This document shows positions 49,216 to 60,699 of a stretch of DNA of 64,000 nt, one piece after another. The stretch spans positions 120,776,001-120,840,000 of the forward strand of contig JBNRSN020000014.1 of assembly GCA_051313645.2 (NCBI GenBank). Direction: 5' to 3'. The notes beneath the pieces were generated by a model. That model saw only the letters and a list, made by a program, of their open reading frames with translations. It ran no database searches and was not told where the DNA came from. Origin of the DNA: Centroscyllium fabricii. Taxonomy: Eukaryota. Made by a program: the position numbers and the translations under genes. Position 1 is the first letter of the stretch. Every line of letters starts with the position of its first letter.

Positions 49216-49730
49216 GGGGGTCAGCTGATTGCGGTGGTCCGACTCCGATCGCGTACTGGTAAGCTTTTGAGCTGGGGGGAAACACCCCTGCACCACAAGT
49301 AGTGCAATAAAAACACCTCATGGATCCGGCCCTCTCGTCTCCTTTTATCTGCCGGGTTTCCCAAGGCCCAGGAATCAGGACCTTCCTGAGTGAAAAATAA
49401 AAATCCAGTTAAAATGGAAGCCGCAACTTCCTTAAAAGATTTCAGTGACTGACCTGCCTCTTCGGAGTAGGTTGGTCGCCAGCCCCCTGTCCCGCCTCCG
49501 TTGAAACTGGTAGTGGCAGGTTGGGGTCAGGTTTGAGAATTTTAAAATTTTTACCTTCCCACCCAACCCCAACCCACCCATCCTTGGGGGTTAAAATTCG
49601 CGTCCCCTCACCCACCCCCACCAAGACATTCATCAATCCTTCAAAAGGGAATTGGATAAATACTTGAGGGAGAAAAAATTGCAGGGATTTGGGGAAAGAG
49701 TGGGGGAGGTCGGACATTGCAAGGGGAGTC

Positions 49731-51846
49731 TGTCACAGGGTGCCTGTTCCTTTAAGTATGAGAAACAGTTTTTGTGGTGCTTCACAGCTGTTTTGAGGAC
49801 TGGTTTCCTTTGTTATGTCATTAATTATTCTATTTATCTGTCTATTGCTAGTTGTGTCCTGCTCTCATTGCCTCCAAGTTATTGGCTATCACCAAATGGT
49901 TTGCTTGCTGGTTTTAGTTCATAAACTGGAGGTAGGCATGAGAGCAGCGCGGGATCATTGTATGGTAATGTGTTACTGAACTGGACTTCCACCACACATT
50001 CTTCAGGCCACTGGACGAAGTGGTTACTGCTGTTGAGCTGAGTGGCCGTCAGAGGCAAGGAGGTTTGGAGATCGACTGACTCAGCCTTTACTTTGCACTC
50101 TGCTATTTCAGGTGCTCAGGCTGAGTTGCCCGACAGGGGCATTGGGGTGGAACTCATATCACTCTGCCTTGACAGTGCGCCCTGCTATCGGGAACCCAGC
50201 AATGGACAACTCATATGTGGAGTAAGGGCGTTCCCCTGCTTGTGGATCGGAATCCACTACTTGGACATTCGTTTCTTCATCCGAACCCAGGTTTGGACAT
50301 TGGATACCTGTATGCAGAAGCTGTTCCCAAATCCTCTACGAAGTATTTGGATTGTGATGTCCTACTCGCAGAGGAGAACTTGTTCGTTTCTCTTTAAGTA
50401 TTTGGATTGTGGTTGTCCTGCTTCTAGAGGAGAGCTCGTTTAAGTTGGACAGTTATGCCTGGACTTGTATTCTTCGGGAGAATGACGCGCTTGGTTGCGT
50501 GGCACCCCTCTATCCATTACTCGCTATTTTGGGAAGTCTGTGCCAGTCTTTAGATGAGACTTGTGTTCAATATGTTTCTTATATAATTGTATGTTTATGC
50601 TATTTTATGGGGTTGTGTATTAAAGGAGTTTAGTTATATAAGATGTTTCAGTGTCTCTGCATTTGGGCCCCGCCTTCATTCCATTTACACCCATCCGTTA
50701 CAGAATGATCCCGCCATGCCAAATTTGGGGCTCAGCAGACACTGTAGCGTCTAAGCACTCCTTAAAATTTTTTTTTGTAGACTGTTGTCTCTTCTCTGTA
50801 CCCTCCGCCCACCCTATTTCGGCATATTGGGTATTTGGGCCGTCGCTGTCGGCCCTTAAGGGGGGGGGTCCTGTCACAGGGTGCCTGTTCTTTTAAGTAT
50901 GAGAAACAGTTTTTGTGGTGCTTCACAGCTGTTTTGAGGACTGGTTTCCCTTGTTATGTCATTAATTATTCTATTTATCTGTCTATTGCTAGTTGTGTCC
51001 TGCTCTCATTGCCTCCAAGTTATTGGCTATCACCAAATGGTTTGCTTGCTGGTTTTAGTTCATAAACTGGAGGTAGGCATGAGAGCAGCGCGGGATCATT
51101 GTATGGTAATGTGTTACTGAACTGGACTTCCACCACACATTCTTCAGGCCACTGGACGAAGTGGTTACTGCTGTTGAGCTGAGTGGCCGTCAGAGGCAAG
51201 GCGGTTTGGAGATCGACTGACTCAGCCTTTACTTTGCACTCTGCTATTTCAGGTGCTCAGGCTGAGTTGCCCGACAGGGGCATTGGGGTGGAACTCATAT
51301 CACTCTGCCTTGACAGTGCGCCCTGCTATCGGGAACCCAGCAATGGACAACTCATATGTGGAGTAAGGGCGTTCCCCTGCTTGTGGATCTGAATCCACTA
51401 CTTGGACATTCGTTTTCTGTTTCATCCGAACCCAGGTTTGGACATTGGATACCTGTATGCAGAAGCTGTTCCCAAATCCTCTACGAAGTATTTGGATTGT
51501 GATGTCCTACTCGCAGAGGAGGACTTGTTCGTTTCTCTTTAAGTATTTGGATTGGGATGTCCTGCTTCTAGAGGAGAGCTCGTTTAAGTTGGACAGTTAT
51601 GCCTGGACTTGTATTCCTCGGGAGAATGACGCGCTTGGTTGCGTGGCACCCCTCTATCCATTACTCACTATTTTGGGAAGTTTGTGCCAGTCTTTAGATA
51701 AGACTTGTGTTCAATATGTTTCTTATATAATTGTATGTTTATGCTATTTTATGGGGTTGTGTAATAAAGGAGTTTAGTTATATAAGATGTTTCAGTGTCT
51801 CTGCATTTGGGCCCCGCCCTCATTCCATTTACACCCATCCGTTACA
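49731..51846 (+). mobile_element. Non-coding two-LTR retroelement: ~970-bp LTRs around a 169-bp interior
   Basis: LTRs 49731-50702 and 50872-51846 (TGTCAC...GTTACA), TSD gagtc, PPT aaggggggggg, self-complementary PBS. Confidence 0.93.
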
Positions 51847-52790
51847 GAGTCGGACATTACGGGTGGGGACGGACAACTGGATTGCTCCTCGAAAGGGCTC
51901 GAAAGAGCCGGAGCAGACTCAATGGGCCAGTGGCTTCCTTCTCTGCTGTGCTAGTCAATGATTCTATGATTTCCGGCTATTACAGACACAGTAACAGATT
52001 TGCAGATCTGCGTCACAAGTGAGGCCTTTCTGATCTCTCTTGAAAGAAATAACATTAGAGAAGACTTTAACAGTGACTTTGAGCAATTGCAATTATGACG
52101 ATATTTGATCTTTTCAGCGATCATGAGCGATCAATCTATTTTGTGCATCCATTTCATTTTGACACTGAAATTCCTTGCGTTTCTGTCCTATTGTCCAGAC
52201 ACTCACCACAAAAGCCCAGCTGCTTCCCTCACTGTGTTGCCATTCCTCTTCTTCTGAGAAGTGGTTCAAGGAAAAGCTCGCCTCTGCTCTTGATCCAGCA
52301 ACGTTTGGGTTTCCATGACAACTGCCAGTGAGTAAGGGAACTGGAGTGGAGTTTGAACTGTTCTGTTGGGGGGGGGTGGGGGTGGCTTCAGTGCAGTAAA
52401 CACACAAAATGTCTGCATTCTAGTTAAAGTGAAAGGGGGAAGACTCGGAATTTAGTAGAAAATGTTTCTGGACAGAGTGAGCCTAATTCTCGGAATTCTG
52501 CTCCGTCTCCAGGCACAGCTGCTGGCGAGTGGGCATCCTGCTGCTCCCCTCAGAATTACAATCCTGTAAATATTTAAACAGAGAGCTTGAGGGGGAAAAG
52601 GAAAATTCAAAAGAAAAGAATGTACAACTGTGCAGAAGGAAATAAATTTAGCAGAGACCGCAATAAAAAGAGAAAAGGCTTGAAACGCAGGTGAAAAATA
52701 GGACGATAAAGAGTGTAAAGGGAGGGCAGCAATGGAAAAAGACTGTCTGGAAACACAAATCATCATTTAATTAGTGACATTTCTGAGGGT

Positions 52791-53123
52791 TAATTGTAAG
52801 AAGTCACACAACACCAGGTTATAGTCCAACAGTTTTATTTGAAATCACAAGCTTTCGGAGCGCCGCTCCTTCATCAGGTGAAGTGAAGAGATTCATTTAA
52901 ACACAGCATATATATAGAGGGAGAGAACAATGTAGTCTCTCCAACTGTTCTCTCTCTCTATATATATATATATGCTGTGTTTTAATGAATCTCTTCACTT
53001 CACCTGATGAAGGAGCTGCGCTCCAAAAGCTTGTGATTTAAAATAAAACTGTTGGACTATAACCTGGTGTTGTGTGACTTCTTACAATTGTCCACCCCAG
53101 TCCAACACCGGCACCTCCACATA
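52791..53123. mobile_element. Palindromic Penelope-like element made of two inverted termini
   Basis: ~140-bp inverted arms; 12-bp TSD atttctgagggt at 52779-52790 and 53124-53135. Confidence 0.85.
52845..52881 (-). ncRNA. Minimal hammerhead ribozyme motif (intact core)
   Basis: UCAC-CUGAUGA-AGGAGC GGC GCUCC-GAAA-GCUU-GUGA. Confidence 0.75.
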
Positions 53124-55255
53124 ATTTCTGAGGGTAACATTGCTACCGGAATAACATTCTTCATTGCATATATATTTTGTAAACACCATTTAATTTTTCT
53201 ATTGCTCTTTCTGTTGCTCTAATTCACTTCTCTCTGTTCCCCATGGTCACCATTCGCTGACAGTCCAGTTTCCTTTAGCTGGAGGAGGGGTATGGGAGGA
53301 GGGGTATGGGAGGAGGGAGTATGGGAGGACAGTCTTTATTAGCTTCTGACTGAGTCTCAATGGAGCTGTCAGGTTTGGACTGAGGCTCAAACAGCGATCT
53401 CAATCGGAGTGATGTGCCAAAGGGATTCCATCAGAAGCTGAGGGGGAGCTCAAGACAATGAAGCCCATTGAGGTCAATGGAAATGAACAGTGGGAGTGCC
53501 GATTCGCTATCGCCCGTTTTACACAATCGCACAAAGTTTAAATGTCCTGGGGGAATTTTTGCACTATGCTGAAAATGGAATAAGGCAAAAACGTAGAAGA
53601 TAAAAACAATATAATACAATGCTCGACTTGGCTAATTTACTAAATTTATCTACCATTTTCTTACTGCCATCTTATCAGAAACATAGAAACATAGAAAAAT
53701 AGGAGCAGGTGTAGGCCATTCGGCCTATCAAGCCTGCTCCGCCATTCAATATGATAATGGCTGATCCTCGATCTCAATACCATATTCCCGCTCTCTCCCC
53801 ATACCCCTTGATGCCTTTTGTGTCTAGAAATCTATCTATTTCCTTCTTAAATATATTCAGTGACTTGGCCTCCACAGCCTTCTGTGGTAGAGAATTCCAC
53901 AGGTTCACCACCCTCTGAGTGAAGAAATTTCTCCTCATCTTAGTCCTAAATGTCCTACCCCGTATCCTGAGACTGTGACCCCTCGTTCTGGACCCCCCAG
54001 CCAGTGGAAATATCCTCCCTGCATCCAGTCTGTCTAGCCCTGTCAGAATCTTATACATTTCAAAGAGATCCCCTCGCATTCTTCTAAACTCTAGTGAATA
54101 CAAGCCTAGTCGACCCATTCTCTCCTCATACAACAGTCCTGCCATCCCAGGAAACAGTCTGGTGAACCTTCGCTGCACTCTCTTTATGGCAAGTATATCC
54201 TTTCTTAGGTAAGGAGACCAATACTGCATACAGTACTCCAGGTGTGGTCTCACCAAGGCCCTGTATAACTGTAGTAAGACATCCTTGCTCCTGTACTTAA
54301 ATCCTCTTGCAATGAAGGCCAACATACCATTTGCCTTCCTAACTGCTTGCTGCGCCTGCATGTTTGCTTTCAGTGACTGGTGTACAAGGACACCCAGGTC
54401 CCTTTGTACATCAACATTTCCCAATCTATCATCATTTAAATAATACTCTGCCTTTCTGTTTTTCCTACCGAAGTGGATAACTTCACATTTATCCACGTTA
54501 TACTGCATCTGCCATGTATTTGCCCACTCACTCAACTTGTCTAAATCGCCTTGAAGCCTCTTTGCATCCTCCTCACAACTCACAATCCCACCTAGTTTCG
54601 TGTCATCAGCAAACATGGAAATATTACATTTGGTTTCCTCATCCAAATCATTGATATATATTGTGAATAGCTGGGGCCGAAGCACTGATCCCTGCGGTAT
54701 CCCACTAGTCACTGCCTGCCACCCCAAAAAAGACCCATTTTTTACTACTCTCTGTTTCCTGTCTGTTAACCAATTTTCAATCCATGCCAGTATATTATCC
54801 CCAATCCCATGTGCTTTAATTTTGTACACTAACCTCTTATGTGGGACTTTATCAAAGGCCTTCTGAAAATCCAAATACACCACATCCACTGGTTCTCTCT
54901 TATCTATTCTACCAGTTACATCCTCAAAGAATTCCAGTAGGTTTGTCAAACACAATTTGCCTTTCATAAATCCATGTTGACTTTGTCTAATCCCGTTGAT
55001 ATTTTCTAAGTGTCCTGTTATCACATCCTTTATAATAGACTCTAGCATTTTCCCTACTATTGATGTTAGGCTGACTGGTCTGTAGTTCCCCGTTTTCTCT
55101 TTCCCTTCTTTTTTAAACAGTGGGGTTACATTTGCCACCCTCCAATCTGCAAGAACTGTTCATTAATCTATAACATTTTGGAAGATGACAACCAATGCAT
55201 CCCCTATTTCCATGGCTCCCTCTTTTAGTACTCTGGGATGCAGATTATCAGGCCC

Positions 55256-55797
55256 TGTCATAGGTTGGATTCCCCTTTAAATTCTAGGTGGCCTCTTCTC
55301 CCTTAAATTGGCCAGTACCTCGTTTACTACTGCATACACCTGATTGGACAGCCCTAATCAACCAATATATCTTGAGCTGTTTATAAGCTTCCACTTTGCA
55401 CCAGGAGTTTGCCAGATCGTTAATTCTGTTACTGTGATACATGTGTTCTGTTCCTAGCTCTCTGATCCAGTCGATTTGTGTTACTGACCTGCTTACAGAA
55501 GAATTGGATTCTACTCTGCTGGAACTGTGTGTTGGAGTTTGTCCCTTCGGTGAAGTGGACTACCTGGAGAATTACTGTTTCTGTATTTGGACTTATTGCT
55601 CTCTCCTACCTGAACTCTGGTTTGGACTTGTTACTCTCTATTACCTGAACTCTGGTTTGGACTTGTTTGTCTCCGTGAACTTACTGCAGTTATTGACTTT
55701 ATGTTTCTATATCTTCTGACGACTCGGAAATAAAGGAATTTTACTTCTACGCTGGTTTCCGGTGTTTTGCATTTGGGCCCTACCACCAACCATTACA
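55256..55797 (+). mobile_element. Solo LTR, sushi-like
   Basis: TGTCA...TTACA, TSD ggccc/ggcct, TATA, AATAAA; motif tgcatttgggccc shared with the 49731 LTR. Confidence 0.85.
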
Positions 55798-57021
55798 GGC
55801 CTTGGGGATTTATCGGCTTTCAGTCCCATTAATTTCTCCAGCACTAATTTTTTACTAATACTAATTTCCTTTAATTCCTCCTTCTCACTAGACCCTTGGT
55901 TCCTTAGCTTTTCTGAGAAGTTATTTGTGTCCTCTACCGTGAAAACAGAACCAAAGTATTTGTTTAATTGCTCTGCCATTTCCTTGTTCCCCATTATAAA
56001 TTCTCCAGCTTCTGACTGTAAGGGACCTACATTTGTCTGCATTAATCTTTTTCTTTTTACATACTTTAGAAGCTTTTACAGTCTGCTTTTATGTTCCTTG
56101 AAAGTTTACTCTCATACTCTATTTTTCCCTTCTTAATCAATCTCTTGGTCCTTTTTTGCTGAACTCTAAACTGCTCCCAACCTTCAGGCTTGCTACTTTT
56201 TCTGGCAACTTTATATGACTCCTCTTTGGATCTAATACAATCCTTAATTTCTTTAGTTAGCCATGGTTGGACCACTTTTCCTTTTTTTGCGCCAGAAAGG
56301 AATGTATAACTTGCAATTCATGCATTCCTCCATAAATGTTAGTCATTGCCCATCCACCGTCATGCCTTTTAATGAAGCTCCCCAATCTATCATAGCCAAC
56401 TCACTCCTCATACCTTCATAGTTTCCTTTATTTAGATTTAGGACCCTAGTTGCGGATTGGACTTCTTCACTTTCCATCTTAATGAAGAATTCTATCATGT
56501 TATGGTCACTCTTCCCTAAAGGACTCCGCACAACAAGACTATTAATTAACCCCTTCTCATTGCACAATAACCAATCTAGGGTAGCCTGTTCCCTCGTTGG
56601 CTCCTCAACATACTGGTCTAAAAAACCATCTCGTACACACTCCAGGAATTCATCCTCCACAGTCTTATTACTAATTAGGTTTGGCCAGTCTATATGTAGA
56701 TTAAAGTCCCCCATGATTACTGTAGTACCCTTGTTACATCTATCTCTAATTTCCTGTTTGATGCCGTCCCCTACATTTCCACTACTGTTTGGAGGCCTAG
56801 AGACAACTCCCACCAATGTTTTCTGCCCCTTGGTGCTTCTTAGCTCCACCCAGACTGATTCTACATTTTGATTTTCTGAGCCAATATCATTTCTCACTAT
56901 TGCTCTGATTTCATCCTTTACTATCAACACCACCCCACCTCGTTTTCCTTTTTGCCTGTCCTTCCTGAATATCGAATATCCTTGGTTATTCACCTCCCAG
57001 CCTTGGTCACCTTGCAACTAT

Positions 57022-58124
57022 GGGCTGGATTTTCATTGAGGAGGTGGGTAGGAGGCGGGACTACAGCTTTCGAGGTTGTAGTCCCGCCTCCATCGCGTTC
57101 TGGCCAACCCACGGGATTTTGACTTGATTGACCTTGTTGAGCCGCCCAGCAGGCTCAGCAGGCCAATTAAGGGCCACCCGGCAACAGATGATGTCACAGA
57201 TTGATATTTCATCTGTCAAGGCCTTTTGACAGATGAAATATCAGTGTTTGACAGCTGATTCAAGCTGTCAAACACTGACAATCTGTACTCCAGGTTAATT
57301 CCTTCCTCTCAGGATGATTTAGAGATCGCCCCGGAACAGAAAGCTGAATGCTGGAACTTTTGACAGCTCGCGGCCATTCTGCTTTCTGTGCCTGTGAGAT
57401 GAGGGACTCCCGCGACCTGAAGGAAGGAAGGCTGTAAAGGTAAGTAAAGGTTAGTAGAACTTCTTTAAACATTTTACACACACCAAAAACACTTAACCTC
57501 TGCACTCATGCACCCATCACTCACCTGAAAACCGGACATCTCGACCCCTCCAAGCCCTTCATTCCGACGGCCTGCCTCGCTAACTTGGCGTGGTTTGGAG
57601 CCGTCGGGAATCCCACATTTCACCAATGAAAATAGGGATTAGGCTAAAAACTGCCTGTTAACTACCTCCCAGTGCAGGTTGGGTACCCGCCTCTTTTGAA
57701 ACTGGCATGGAGGTGGTTTTGGGGCGGGATGGGTTTGTGCCCAATTTTAATCCCCCACACGCCTCCAATCCAGACTCCATGGCCCTGTGGGGAACCAAAG
57801 GTTTCCCACTTTCAAATAACAAAGAATTAGAGGGAAACAGTGGAGTAAACTTAAACACGTCTTTATTCATCAACAACTACAGAGAACTAACTGCCAAAGG
57901 CGCCAAACGGCAGGAAACCATGTGACACGTGAGTGACAGCGCTATGGGCCTATTAGGTTCCGTGCCCGTTGATTCTATGGGCCAATGTGGCAACGGGGGC
58001 GGGACCAACCTACCAAAGGGGATTCTGTCTTAAAGGGAGGTCGGCTGTCCCGGGCTACTGCCTTAAAGGGAGACAGGCGTGCCTCCCTGGGTAGTTACAC
58101 TACAGCCCAATGAAAATCCAGCCC
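57022..58124. mobile_element. PIF/Harbinger-like MITE containing a solo LTR
   Basis: 17-bp perfect TIR gggctggattttcattg / caatgaaaatccagccc; TSD tat. Confidence 0.9.
57786..58104 (-). mobile_element. Solo LTR
   Basis: TG...CA, 4-bp TSD gccc, AATAAA on the minus strand. Confidence 0.75.
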
Positions 58125-58223
58125 TATGTCTCCATAATCACAATTATATCATATCCGTTTGCATCTATTTACGCTGTTAATTCGTCTACCTTATTACGAA
58201 TGCTTTGTGCATTCAGATACAGT

Positions 58224-60240
58224 GGGGTAAATTTTCATTGGGCTTTTCGGCAGGGCGGGCTGCAAAATTGCTAAACCGGGGTGGGGGGGGGGGGGGGTCC
58301 CGACGCCCCCCACCCCCACCCCCGCCGGATCCCCGCCGCTTTGCGATTTCCTGCCGACATGTCTCCCCGCCCTGAATCTTTCCTGCCAGCGGCCGGCGGG
58401 GATGGTCATCACGCTCATTAAGCACCCTTAATTGTCATCTGTAATGCCATTTTAAGGGCCCTTAGCGATATTTAGCCATTTCCCACACAAAAGACGCCAG
58501 CTGTAAACCCCGCCGCTGAAACCTAGCGGGAACACAATCGGATTGCTGACTATCTGCAGCAGGTCCCTCATTAAGCTCCAGATTTAAACAGCCATCAGTG
58601 GCAGCCGGCAGGACATGTGTTGTCTCAGGCCTGGGGCAACTTGTTCCAGGCTTCACCACTCTTGCGGAAGGTTGCAGCCTCACACACTTCTCCAGTGTGG
58701 CCTCTTGGGAAAGCCCTCTCTCCAACCTCACTCAGTGCTTCCTCAGCGGAGGCAGCCACCAGAAGCATGGGAGGCCTTTTTTTCCTTCCCTTCTTGGCAT
58801 CAGATGTTCTCCAGCAGCAGAGGCGGCAGCAGCAGCAGCACCAGCAACAGCAGCAGCAGCAGCAACAGCAGGAGCCACAGCAGCAGCAGCAGGAGCCACA
58901 GGCTCCTGCTCACCCTCCGGAGGCAGCACAGGCCAGAAAGGGCCAATGCATGGAAGCCCATCGACGCAGGAGATACCCTCCAAACAAGGTCTACAGACGC
59001 AGGGTCAGCTACCTCAACATGGCTGAGTGGCAATGCCAAAGGCGGGTCCGACTTTCGCGACAGGTAGTGACTGACACATGCGCAATGCTACAGCAAGCCC
59101 TGGAGCCCAGAGCAGCAGGTGGACACTCGTTGCCAGTGGCCATCAAAGTCACCACCGCACTCAACTTTCTTGCCTCAGGCTCATTCCAGGGATCAGCAGC
59201 AGACATCAGCAGCATTTCCCAGTCGGCCACACACACTTGCATCATGCAGGTAACCGATGTCCTCTTTGCCCTCGCGCACAATCACATCCATTTCACTAGG
59301 GATCGCACAAGTGTGAGGGTGCGAGCGATTGGAATAGCTCGTCTGGCAGGCTTCCCATGGGTGCAGGGCATCATTGACTGCACACGTGGCCCTTAGGGTA
59401 CCCCATCACAATCCAGGTGTTTTTATCAACCGCAAGGGCTTCCGCTCCCTTAATGTTCAGCTGGTGTGTGACCACAAGAAGGAGATCTTGCATGTTTGTG
59501 CCACGTACCCTGGCAGTTGCCATGGCTCCTTCATCCTGCATCAGTCTACTGTGCCTCCGCTCTTCAGTCTGTCAGACGAACTTCAGGGATGCCTACTTGG
59601 AGACAAGGGCTATCCCCTCAAGACTTGGCTAATGACGCCAGCCAACGGGACTGAGGAACGCTACAACTCCAGCCACATTTCCACCAGATGCACTTTAGAG
59701 CACACCATCGGCTTGCTGAAGATGCGCTTCAGATGCCTGGATAGATCAGGTGGAGCCCTGTAGTACTCAGCAGCCAGGGTCCCCAAAATGGTCGTGGTTT
59801 GCTGTGCACTTCACAACATGGCACAGCGTCATGGCTTGCAGATTCCTGAGGACCAATTGGCTCCTCGCATACCCTCCTCAGATATAGATGATGAGGAGGA
59901 GGAGGACGAGCAAGAGGAAAACGAGGAGCCTGCAGAACGCCATCAACCAGCGCCAGCATTATGCGAGAACATTGCTGCCTGGGATGCAAGGAACACAATC
60001 ATCCTGGGCAGATTTACTTAGCCTACTCAATCCAACACTTTGGACTCGCAGCTTCTTAAATGAGCATCGGCAATGGGCAGCACCACGCGGCTTCCTAGCT
60101 ATTTCTCCAGCATCCTGACAATTGCAAGAACTCGTAAGTGTAGGGGGTGGCCTTGTGGGGTTCAGATTTGCCTCTGACTTCCTTGAGCGGGTCGAGACGC
60201 TCCGATGCCCCTGACACTGGAGACACTGCACCTAGGTGCA
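58224..60240 (+). mobile_element. Harbinger DNA transposon, right end not seen
   Basis: Left TIR ggggtaaattttcattggg resembles the adjacent MITE TIR; transposase remnant inside. Confidence 0.8.
58767..60021 (+). pseudogene. Harbinger/HARBI1-family DDE transposase with a frameshift (~59383) and a stop (59761)
   Basis: [69 protein letters not shown]. Confidence 0.9.
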
Positions 60241-60699
60241 GCTTTGCGATACACAAAATGCAATGGCCAACCGGTTGACCTGCTACTGCTACTGCTCATC
60301 TACAAATTTTAACTACCAACTTTTTTTTTTAATGTATAATTTGAAATTAGCAAATGCTTCAATTTTAATTCAATGCTAAAGAAGTGAAATTAAAAAGAAC
60401 TGAAGACGAAAACCAAATTCCCCCAAAACATACAGCTGCTGGTGTGATTGGGATCGTCTGCTTCACACCCGTCCGCCGGCATCCCCACAAAACAAACGTG
60501 TTCTCTTCGCAGGTCAGAAACAAGTCCTTGCATTTCCAGCTCTCAGCCGTAGTCACTGATATCTTTGGGAGAGAAAACTGAGAAAAGCAATAATAGAAAC
60601 TCCGCGTTATTGGAAATGATTTTTGTGTGCTTACCATAGTGAAGAATGACAGCAATATAAGCGGTTGCCCACAGAAGGTGGTGGTATAATTACATAACA

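Larger units (their letters stand above)
53677..58215 (-). mobile_element. CR1 LINE ORF2 with an open RT segment (53774-55138), split by a solo LTR and a MITE
   Basis: NYRPVSLTS, DFQKAFD, GIPQGS, FADD; APE motifs at 56343-57017; CR1 tail. Confidence 0.93.

Noticed and set aside
48310-49302. Long ORFs of 180-330 aa
   Set aside because: Stop-free translations of the minisatellite in several frames on both strands.
50042-51777. Duplicated ORFs in the long LTRs, or a segmental duplication
   Set aside because: Frames differ between the two copies and have no recognisable motifs; TG/CA ends, PPT and TSD identify LTRs.
52200-52580. Possible 5' UTR exon and promoter of the Ly6 gene (minus donor GTG|GTGAGT at 52207)
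   Set aside because: Plausible, but a lone donor and an AT-rich box are insufficient without transcript data.
58617-59396. Host poly-Q gene or domesticated HARBI1
   Set aside because: Has a frameshift, a stop and a TIR, so it is a transposon copy.
60365-60600. Exon-like minus-strand segment with an acceptor and several Cys
   Set aside because: No recognisable domain in any frame and no partner exon identified.
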